From: a virus
Taxonomy: Duplodnaviria; Caudoviricetes
Direction: 5' to 3' (one strand)
DNA: 25,466 nt
Virus record (IMG/VR): IMGVR_UViG_3300005611_000176
Span: 1-25,466 of that record
A model generated the notes under the pieces. The model did no database searches, was not told where the DNA came from, and saw only the letters and a program-made list of their open reading frames with translations. A program made the translations under genes and the position numbers. Positions 1-7,700 of the stretch are shown here, piece by piece; position 1 is the stretch's first letter; each line of letters opens with the position of its first letter.

Positions 1-176
1 GTAGAAGTAAAATCAGATAATGATTTAAGGTGATTTAAGTTTGATTTAAAGGCATCAAATGCTTCAGATACCTGCTCTATCTTTTCTGGGCGCGCAGATT
101 CATAACTCTCCTTTACCTCATCCAAGGGAGTTTTTTTATTATTACCAAAAAAATCTGAAGGCTTCTTTAGTGCCAC
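1..176 (-). CDS. Hypothetical phage protein, 5' part only (runs off the left edge); not in the ORF track
   Basis: Manual translation from GTG at 176 gives MALKKPSDFFGNNKKTPLDEVKESYESARPEKIEQVSEAFDAFKSNLNHLKSLSDFTS, with no stop in 58 codons. GAGGAG Shine-Dalgarno at 188-193 (11 nt spacer) and AATAAATA late-promoter motif at 202-209. It does not look like the start of large terminase gp17. Confidence 0.8.
   Translation of the reverse strand, partial: MALKKPSDFFGNNKKTPLDEVKESYESARPEKIEQVSEAFDAFKSNLNHLKSLSDFTS
21..49. repeat. Three direct copies of TGATTTAA spaced 10 and 11 nt apart
   Basis: Copies at 21-28, 31-38 and 42-49, read directly from the sequence. Confidence 0.6.
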
Positions 177-200
177 GTTTAATATATCTCCTCTATTTTA

Positions 201-629
201 CTATTTATTGTCCTCTTTTAATCCATCTTTGAGCATTTTTGCCAGATCTGCTGTTGACCCAACAAATAATGCATTATTAACAGTTGATGGACCTTTGATT
301 TTTTCCTCTGTTTCAATATCTTTAAGTTTCTTCTGCAGATCTAATAATTTATCAGTTGCATCAGCAACGTTCTTAATTAACTGACCAGCAACTTCATATG
401 CTCTTGGCATTTCACTTTCTTGGGCAAGTTCAAGAACACCGTTGAGAGCTTCTTGTCCCTTTTCAATAATGGAATAAAGATTACCTCTAGTATACTCGTA
501 ATCTTTTTTTATGTCATCAACACTCTCTTTAACTTTTTCAATTTTACTTTCAATTACTTCTGGTTTAATCACTTCACCAGAGGTATTGAAAGTATCATTA
601 AGTTCATCAAAATTTTTTGTCATTTTCAT
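201..629 (-). CDS. gp16: Terminase small subunit (T4 gp16-like)
   Basis: 142 aa with DYEYTRGNLY...LELAQESEMPRAYEVAGQLIK...NNALFVGSTADL, the typical T4-like TerS signature. Directly follows gp15 with a TGATG stop/start overlap at 629. A second possible ATG is at 623. Confidence 0.93.
   Translation of the reverse strand: MKMTKNFDELNDTFNTSGEVIKPEVIESKIEKVKESVDDIKKDYEYTRGNLYSIIEKGQEALNGVLELAQESEMPRAYEVAGQLIKNVADATDKLLDLQKKLKDIETEEKIKGPSTVNNALFVGSTADLAKMLKDGLKEDNK
202..209 (-). promoter_or_regulatory. T4-type late promoter motif AATAAATA, overlapping the gp16 stop codon
   Basis: Plus-strand tatttatt at 202-209. Matches the NATAAATA late consensus known for T4-like cyanophages (T4: TATAAATA) and lies about 25 nt upstream of the next start. 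Confidence 0.7.
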
Positions 630-1627
630 CAGAACGAACCACTAAATCCAAAATCATCTCCAACTTCAATTAATGCATTATCTGCAGCATCAATAATAAA
701 GATTTCTTCTCCTGTCAAGTGATCAGTAATAGTAGTTCCATCTTGACCCCTCTTCACGTTAAGTCTATTTCCAGTTATCTTCGTGATGAAGATTTCTTCT
801 CCATTGAGATCAACATAGGTATTTTCAGTAAGTCCACTGGCATCAGCAACATTGAATGCTGTTTTTGTTTTTGTAATATCTTCTGCCAGTGTTGTTGCTG
901 CGTTTCCAGTATAATTTTTGATTGCTCTTGGTTCGACTGAGTAAGAAACTTCTCTGATAGAGTTTGAAGTGTCTGTGCCTGTAAGGTAACTGACGGTAGC
1001 CTTTTTGATGATATCCTTGGTTGCAGCAGATGCAGGACCAAACAGATATGTTTTTGCAGTAAATCTTAAAGTATAGAGAAGAACTCTCCTGCTAGAAAAG
1101 TCTCCCTCGTAGTCATCCTGCATGGTAATATTTTCTAGGACAACAGGAATATCCCTCTTTTCTTGTAGTGCTTCAACCAGTTCTACGGTGACGTTATACG
1201 CAGGTTGAAAGTATGGTAAAATCTGTTCTACAATTTGAAGTGCATCATCATTTAACTTACTCATGATGGCAAGTTCAAATTGCATGTTATATGGGACTGG
1301 CATATATGCCTTTTTTGTTTCAGTCCCATCATTAGGATCCTTTACAGTAAAAGTTTGAGTTGTTGATACTTTTCTACTAGGATCATAAGTTAGTCCTGTA
1401 AACTCAAATGACATTCTCGGAAGAGTAATAGCAAAAGGTTTGTTAAGATCCGGAGATTGTTCTATTCTTGCTAGAAATTTTTGAGTAGGACCGTATGCCA
1501 GAGGAACTTTTACAACACTAACAACATTATCATCAGTATCTTCATGTTTTATTGAAATGTTATTAAACAGAGTACCAAAAGAGATAATGGTTCTCCTCAA
1601 AATTTCGTTGTAAAAATATTCAAACAT
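629..1627 (-). CDS. gp15: Tail terminator / tail sheath stabilizer (T4 gp15-like) with an extra C-terminal beta module
   Basis: MFEYFYNEILRRTIISFGTLFNNI...VPLAYGPTQKFLAR...LPRMSFE...PVPYN...QIVEQILPYFQP motifs typical of gp15. Syntenic between gp14 and gp16. AGGA RBS upstream. Confidence 0.93.
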   Translation of the reverse strand: MFEYFYNEILRRTIISFGTLFNNISIKHEDTDDNVVSVVKVPLAYGPTQKFLARIEQSPDLNKPFAITLPRMSFEFTGLTYDPSRKVSTTQTFTVKDPNDGTETKKAYMPVPYNMQFELAIMSKLNDDALQIVEQILPYFQPAYNVTVELVEALQEKRDIPVVLENITMQDDYEGDFSSRRVLLYTLRFTAKTYLFGPASAATKDIIKKATVSYLTGTDTSNSIREVSYSVEPRAIKNYTGNAATTLAEDITKTKTAFNVADASGLTENTYVDLNGEEIFITKITGNRLNVKRGQDGTTITDHLTGEEIFIIDAADNALIEVGDDFGFSGSF

Positions 1628-1665
1628 TTTTAAAGTCCTACAATATCTCTATATTAAGATATTTT

Positions 1666-1673
1666 TATTTAGG
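1666..1673 (-). promoter_or_regulatory. Possible late promoter (CCTAAATA variant) upstream of gp15
   Basis: TAAATA core overlapping the gp14 stop codon, about 40 nt upstream of the gp15 ATG. One mismatch to NATAAATA. Confidence 0.5.
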
Positions 1674-3117
1674 GCATACCGAATGGGTTCTGCTCAGAGA
1701 AGTCAATAATAGAATCCGCTTCAATTTCTATATTAATATTATCAGCAAATCCGTCATCCGCAGGTTGTGCATCTGCTACTCTCAGTTCATATGCTGCACC
1801 AGAAGTTTGACCAGTAATAGTCTCTCCACGGGTAAACTCTCCAGTCACTGTGCCAACTTCAAGTTCGTTTGTTGAGGAATTCCAAACTCTAACTCTTGCT
1901 GTTGTTCCACTAGATGATCCGACAACTATTTCATTGAATTGGAATGTTCCAGATCCAGAACTACCAGATGTTGCGATAGACATTGTAGGAGCAACAGAGT
2001 ATCCAACACCAGCATTTGTTAGGAAGATGTTTGAGATCGTTCCAGCAGCACTTACAACTGCTGTTGCAGCAGCAGATACAGTTGTAACACCAGATTCAAA
2101 CACTTCATTAGTAAACGTGATCGTAGGAGGAGTTGTGTATCCAGATCCGCCGTTTGTAATAGTAACGATTCCAACAACACCATCACCAATCGTTGCGGTT
2201 GCAGCAGCACCAGTTCCACCTGATCCACCACCAGTAAATCTAACACCTGGTGCTACAGTATATCCAGCACCAGAATTTGCTACATCAACTCTCTGAACAG
2301 ATTGGTCCCTTGGATTAGCATTTAAATTGCATACATTGATACCACCAATCATAGTAGCAATACCGACTGCTGTAGTCCCTCCTGAAGGGGCAGCAGAGAC
2401 AACTACAGTTGGTACACTACTATAACCACCACCTCTGTTTGATATTGTGAATTGTCTTACACCACCATCAAATATAGCAACAGTTGCAGTTGCTTGAACA
2501 GCAGAACCAACCAGAGTTAGTGTCTGTGTAGGACCTTGAATGGTGTTGATGCCATCATCAGTTTGTCCATCATATTCTTCACCAATAAGGTTATTGTCAA
2601 TATCATCTATACCAGTTGCAATAACTTCGTCTTCCAGACGGAAGAGTTCACAATACAACTCATAAACATAAAGGTTCTGTAACTGATAATATGGTTTTGC
2701 ATATTCAATATCTTTGATTTCATAAATTCTATCATCAAGAGGAAACCAGATAAGATCTCCACTTTTTGGTCTGGTAGATAGTTTTACGTTCGATTGATCT
2801 TCAATTAGTGGAGTAATATAGTTTTCAAATCTTTCTCTAGAAATAATGAGTCTTACTTCATCTTTTGACTCAATTCCAAACTTTGAAAGAATGTTTCCAG
2901 CACCAGAATACTGATCATAATTATCAACGTAAGCTTCTAAGGGGAGTGCCATATCAAATTTTGATTGCACAACCTCTCTTATGACAGTGTTTTCTGTCAG
3001 ATACTTTCTTGGTAGATAAAAAATATCTACACCATACATCCTCAGTTGTTCATTAATTAAATCCTGAACAAGGTTTTGTTCACCCCGAGTACCCTGAGTA
3101 AAGAATGGATTTAACAT
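1669..3117 (-). CDS. gp14: Neck / head-closure protein (T4 gp14-like), enlarged by Gly-rich repeats
   Basis: N-terminus LNPFF...EQNLVQDLINEQLRMYGVDIFYLPR...SKFG...DEVRLIISRERF...RPKSGDLIWFP and C-terminus IIDFSEQNPFG match gp14. The central part holds four GxGY repeats. Syntenic after gp13. Confidence 0.92.
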   Translation of the reverse strand: MLNPFFTQGTRGEQNLVQDLINEQLRMYGVDIFYLPRKYLTENTVIREVVQSKFDMALPLEAYVDNYDQYSGAGNILSKFGIESKDEVRLIISRERFENYITPLIEDQSNVKLSTRPKSGDLIWFPLDDRIYEIKDIEYAKPYYQLQNLYVYELYCELFRLEDEVIATGIDDIDNNLIGEEYDGQTDDGINTIQGPTQTLTLVGSAVQATATVAIFDGGVRQFTISNRGGGYSSVPTVVVSAAPSGGTTAVGIATMIGGINVCNLNANPRDQSVQRVDVANSGAGYTVAPGVRFTGGGSGGTGAAATATIGDGVVGIVTITNGGSGYTTPPTITFTNEVFESGVTTVSAAATAVVSAAGTISNIFLTNAGVGYSVAPTMSIATSGSSGSGTFQFNEIVVGSSSGTTARVRVWNSSTNELEVGTVTGEFTRGETITGQTSGAAYELRVADAQPADDGFADNINIEIEADSIIDFSEQNPFGMP

Positions 3118-3121
3118 GATA

Positions 3122-3970
3122 TCAACCTATCATATCGTATGGAGGAAGTTCATAAGTATTAGACATTTGCTCTCTGATCACTTCCAAGTCTTTCTGAGCA
3201 TCATCATAGATCTGACGACCATTCAATTCAATTCCACCAGGTAATTTAACTCCTTGAAATTTAATCAAGTTTTGCCCCCACTGTCTTTTAACAAGTGCAG
3301 TTACATACTTCTTTAGGAAAGAGTCATTCCAAACTCTTGAATATGAATTTGGATCCAACAAACGATAACAATCAATGATAAGGTAGTCATCTTTTGTAGC
3401 AGATCCCCAATCAAAATCTAAATATAATCTATCTTGTCTTTGATTAAATCTGATGAATTTATCAGTAGTTAATGCAAAATCAATATCTTCAAGATATCTC
3501 TTAGTCATTGCATAAGTTAATATTTCAGTAGATCCCCAATAGTAAATATCATTTAAGAACAACTGATATTTAACACTGAACATGTTATTGGTTACAGTGT
3601 TTGATCCATCAAATTTGAATACTTTCGTTATTCCAATAATTTCTGGCGGAACTTGAAGATAGTTACTATTCTCTTCAAACGAAAAAGTTACGGAAGATCC
3701 ATCAATATCAGAAGTTGCAGTTGAGGTTGTAATACCAGCAGCATTATTGCTACCACCTCTTGCTCTTCCTCTATCAATATCTTCTTGTGTTATTTTATAT
3801 TTTAAAAATGTCTGAGTTACACCATCAAAGTGTCTCTCTTGAAAATATTGTAAGGCATCATCAACCAGGTCGTCTATTTGCTCATCGGCAACATTAATCT
3901 CAAGCACTGGTGCTCCCAGTTGCCTTTTGCAATAATTAATTAAATCTGTTCTACTTGCCGGTTGTGCCAT
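3122..3970 (-). CDS. gp13: Neck / head-tail adaptor protein (T4 gp13-like)
   Basis: YCKRQLGAPVLEINVADEQIDD...ALQYFQERHFDG and KRQWGQNLIKFQGVKLPGGIELNGRQIYDDA...PPYDMIG are gp13 signatures. Confidence 0.94.
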   Translation of the reverse strand: MAQPASRTDLINYCKRQLGAPVLEINVADEQIDDLVDDALQYFQERHFDGVTQTFLKYKITQEDIDRGRARGGSNNAAGITTSTATSDIDGSSVTFSFEENSNYLQVPPEIIGITKVFKFDGSNTVTNNMFSVKYQLFLNDIYYWGSTEILTYAMTKRYLEDIDFALTTDKFIRFNQRQDRLYLDFDWGSATKDDYLIIDCYRLLDPNSYSRVWNDSFLKKYVTALVKRQWGQNLIKFQGVKLPGGIELNGRQIYDDAQKDLEVIREQMSNTYELPPYDMIG

Positions 3971-3993
3971 TTATTCCACAAGTTTCCTAAGTG

Positions 3994-4001
3994 TATTTAG
4001 G
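3994..4001 (-). promoter_or_regulatory. Possible late promoter (CCTAAATA variant) upstream of gp13
   Basis: TAAATA core in the 32-nt intergenic gap, about 24 nt upstream of the gp13 ATG. Same 8-mer as the site upstream of gp15. Confidence 0.55.
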
Positions 4002-4002
4002 T

Positions 4003-4383
4003 TTAAGAAGAAATCGTATTATAAACATATGCATTTCCCCGAACCAAAGGATATGTTGATGATCCAACTGTGACTAATACATCATAAACGTATCTACCTT
4101 CTGTGAGGTTACCAGTTTCTGTATCTGTCAAAGAAATTTTCATTACACCATCATATGCACTAGTAAACCCAACAGTAAACGTATCAGATGCACCAAGAGT
4201 TGCTCCAACCGCGATACTCTTTGATAATGCACCTGCACCTGAATATCCTGTTAAATCAAAAGCAGAACTTGATGTTGTTTTAACATTAAATATGGTAGAA
4301 AAATCTGTTCCCCCATATATTGTTAAATTAGCACCGTATGGAACTCCTGAGTCTGGATCGAAAGTAATATTTTTAGATGGCAT
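4003..4383 (-). CDS. Small beta-rich phage protein, probably virion-associated (Ig-like / BppU-N-like fold suspected)
   Basis: 126 aa with ANLTIYGGTDF...FDLTGY...G.MKISLT...GRYVYDV, a pattern I recall in small ORFs near gp13 of T4-like marine phages. TAGGA RBS; overlaps the upstream ORF by 11 nt. The fold is inferred. Confidence 0.7.
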   Translation of the reverse strand: MPSKNITFDPDSGVPYGANLTIYGGTDFSTIFNVKTTSSSAFDLTGYSGAGALSKSIAVGATLGASDTFTVGFTSAYDGVMKISLTDTETGNLTEGRYVYDVLVTVGSSTYPLVRGNAYVYNTISS

Positions 4384-4555
4384 CTGGAAGTCCTATTACC
4401 GACATTGTTTCTTGTTGTTTATAATAAAGTTTACAGAATGATTTTGCAATATTCTTAAGGGTATCATGATCATTACAATTATCTATATCAGTTGCAATCT
4501 TTTGATATGCAAAACTCTTTGATAAGTTTGTTAGTTCAATGCTATCAGGATCCAT
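4373..4555 (-). CDS. Small helical protein, putative divergent NblA-like phycobilisome degradation adaptor
   Basis: 60 aa with a strong RBS (AAAGGAG at 4563-4569, 7 nt spacer), overlapping both neighbours by 11 nt, so very likely a real gene. Size, two-helix pattern and IELTNLSKSF...IATDIDN...HDTLK...KLY resemble NblA as I remember it. The gene call is firm; the function is inference. Confidence 0.5.
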   Translation of the reverse strand: MDPDSIELTNLSKSFAYQKIATDIDNCNDHDTLKNIAKSFCKLYYKQQETMSVIGLPDAI

Positions 4556-4769
4556 GTAATAACTCCTTTAGTAATGACTTGATTTCATTAAGTTCACTCT
4601 TTACATTAGCAAGATCTTCTTCCATTGTCTGTACTTTCTGATTCTTTTCAGTTTTCACGTCACGTCTTGAAAGATACTGTGTATATTCCAAATTATTTAC
4701 ATTAACGATTGCGTTGGTTTCAGGATCTCTTGCGAGATCCTTATGACCCTCCATTTCGTAAAATTCCAT
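4545..4769 (-). CDS. Small hypothetical phage protein with C-terminal coiled coil
   Basis: 74 aa starting 1 nt after the DUF4815 gene stop. N-terminal EGHKDLARDPETNAIVN motif and heptad-like C-terminus (VQTMEEDLANVKSELNEIKSLLKELL). Confidence 0.75.
   Translation of the reverse strand: MEFYEMEGHKDLARDPETNAIVNVNNLEYTQYLSRRDVKTEKNQKVQTMEEDLANVKSELNEIKSLLKELLHGS
4563..4569 (-). promoter_or_regulatory. Shine-Dalgarno sequence (AAAGGAG) for the 60-aa ORF
   Basis: Plus-strand ctccttt at 4563-4569, 7 nt before the ATG at 4555, embedded in the 3' end of the 74-aa ORF. Confidence 0.8.
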
Positions 4770-4770
4770 A

Positions 4771-7700
4771 TTATGCTAAGGCAATAACTCTAAGTTCTTT
4801 CACTCTTGGTACAAAGCACTGACTTGTAGATGTCAGAGCCAGTTTGATTCTATATGTTCTAAATGATGGTAATCTGTCAATGGTAAATGTATATTCCCTA
4901 TAGTCAAGTTCTCTGTTCTCAAAGGAGAGAGTGCTTGACTTAGTTATGAATGAATCAGATTCACCATTATTGTTTTCAGATGCAATAATTTCTCCTCTTT
5001 CATTAAGGTTTGCATATCCGGGGAAAGGAGTAAATACAGGAACTGATCCTGGTTTGTTATTAGTTGCAAAGAATGCTCTAATATCAGATGCCTCGTTAAT
5101 ATGAGCAGAAACAATAACTTTTATAGAAGATGCTGGGTTTTCCAGAATAATTTCTTTAGAAAGATATTGGAAAGCTGTTGGATCTTCAGTAGCACTATTT
5201 ACTCTAGAGTCTGTCGCATAGTTTGTAATAATATTATTTACTCTATTAGAAGTGAGAATTGCATTTACTCTTTGACCATCAATAACAGGACTTAAACGAC
5301 TATCTGTAGATGAAAGGAAAAGTCTCATCTGCATTGACTTACCACCAACAATATTGGTAAGTTGTGCATCTTCGTTTACCTTAGAAGCAATCATTCTTGG
5401 GGTATCAAAATAATTCTTTTGATTTATAGTGATGTCTTGGAATCCAGCATCAATAAATGGTAGTTCAGTTCCACTAAAACTTTGAGAAGTAATTGTTCTA
5501 AGTTCACCTGTAATACTAGTTCCAGGAACAGTTACATTTTGAACTTGTGGAGTGATGATTTCAAACGGCATATTTTGAGATGCTCTAACTCTAGATCCTC
5601 CAGTAGATCTATCACCTGTTATATAAAGTTTGGGGAATCCAACATCAGTGCTTCTGTCGGTTCCTGTTGTTGCACTAGTATCAATCTTAACTTGATAACT
5701 ATCAAATGTAAACGGATCAAGTTTAGTAACATCACTCAACGAATGAGTTCTGTTGATTCTATTAAGATTAATTCCACCAAGTTCATACTTATAGACAGGA
5801 GTTCCAACAGGATATGTTTTCGGATTAGTTCCTCTTACAATATTTCCACCAATGCTATTTCCAGAAACATTAGTATATTCAATAATCTCATCTCCAATTA
5901 AGAGATAACCTACATTAGTTGTTCCAACTCCAACACCTTCAAAAGTTGAGAATGTTGTTGCACCACCAACTGCAATCTGACCGGTAGATGTAGATGAGTA
6001 TTCTGCAGTCAACTTAGTTGGTTTTATATCAGGATGAACACCAGATATACTTACAAGGTTATCAGAGAAATACATTCCATGATTCTGATGATTGACTTTA
6101 AAGTGCAATCCATCTGAATCAGTTTCAATATTTGTGATTTGAACATCTCCACCAGTACCAAGTCCAACAGCACCAGATGAATTAAGTTCGGTAGAAATAC
6201 CAGAACTATTAAAGAAGAATAGTGTTTTTGCTGCTCCAACAACAAACTCACCTTGAACATTGTTCAGAATAAGTTCGTTAGTGTGTCCAATTCCTGCGAT
6301 TGTAAGTCTTGCATTTCTACCAACAGATGCTGCTCCAATAGTATCGATTCCAACAACATCACCGACCTGATATCCAGAACCACCAGCATTATTAATGGTG
6401 GCACCAGAGGCAACAATACTACCATTTCTAATAGTAATATCTGCGGTTGCTCCTCTTCCATGACCAGTTAAGGTGATAAGATTAACACCAGTAAATGTTT
6501 GACCTCCATCAGCAGGAGTGTAACCCAGTCCAGCATTACTGATTGAGAGATCTCCTACAGCAGATCCTGCGACCCCTACAAGGTCTCCAGTTGCATTTGT
6601 TCCTGCTTGGAAGAATGTGTTACCAAACTCATATGAATCTGCTACTGTAGTGCCAAGACCAACTCTAATTGATCTGGACTGAAGAACAATAGGATCAGGA
6701 GTAAGTTTTGCAATCTGTGCATTTCCTCTTGTAAGTTCTGGACTGTAGAACTCAACAGACCCAGTATCAAGGAAGTCTGCTCTATAAAGAGTAAACTTAA
6801 GATCTTCCCACTGACTTGGTTCCCATGTAGAAGCATTCTGTGATTTAAACAAAGATCCAAGATATGGTTGATTAGAGATAAATGTATCTGTCAGGAGATC
6901 ATTCTCACCAATTCTAGAGATGTAAACACTATACTTGGTAGAGTTAGATGCTAAACATACAGCATATTCAGTGCCACCTTCAACATATACAGGTGCTTTA
7001 AATTGAATATTAGTCGCAATCGATCCGTCAGACGATGTTTGAATATCATCTGGATCTAAAACAACTTCAGAGAATGGAAGAACTTTTGCCGAGGGAGATC
7101 CATTTATCATCGTCCTTAATTGGAAGACAACAGGAATATCCATGTCATCTTTGGATCTAAAGAAAACATCACAACTGGTCAAGAATACTCCAGTTTCATC
7201 TTCTACCAAGAACGACTGTGCAAGTGGATCATACCAAGTAATGATTGTCTGAGTCCTTGTTCGTGAAGAAACAACTCTGCTAGCAGTAATCTCTGTTCCA
7301 AGATCTCTGTTAACATTTCTACTCTGGAACTCGTTCTTCAGTTCAACTCTTGCATTTCTAACAGAAATAATATTCTCTTGAACTGTTTCTAGAGTACCAG
7401 ATGCACTAAATGATTCTTCTGCAATAGTGCTTGCATTATCTTGATTGTTGTCAATATCATTAGTAAGAGTGAATGTTTTAGTTCCACATTCAAATCTTGG
7501 GAAAGTAATGTTATTAGGATCTGGAATGTAGTAACTACCAATAAGGGTAGCAGAAAGATCGGAGATCAATCTAACATTTTCAACAGTAGCAATAGCACCA
7601 CTTGTTGATCCAACTAATGTCATTCCTTCCTTTACCCAACCATAGAAGTCACCTCTTGCTTGAGATGCAAGAGAGAATGTATCTACATTAAGAATAGTGG

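Noticed and set aside
131-153. T7 and A7 homopolymer runs as a possible frameshift site or terminator
   Set aside because: They encode Phe-Phe and Lys-Lys in an open frame. There is no GC-rich stem or stimulatory structure, and such runs are expected in AT-rich DNA.
420-940. Plus-strand ORFs 420-722 and 719-940 (Phe- and Cys-rich)
   Set aside because: Antisense to gp16 and gp15. The Cys and Phe runs are reverse complements of ACA/GCA/AAA/GAA-type sequence, not a credible metal-binding protein.
1850-2296. 148-aa plus-strand ORF (Pro/Val/Thr-rich)
   Set aside because: Antisense shadow of the Gly/Thr/Ala-rich gp14 repeats; no RBS noticed, and it opposes an all-minus-strand operon.
4103-4441. 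112-aa plus-strand ORF over the small-ORF cassette
   Set aside because: Antisense to two minus-strand ORFs that have clear RBSs and coupled junctions.
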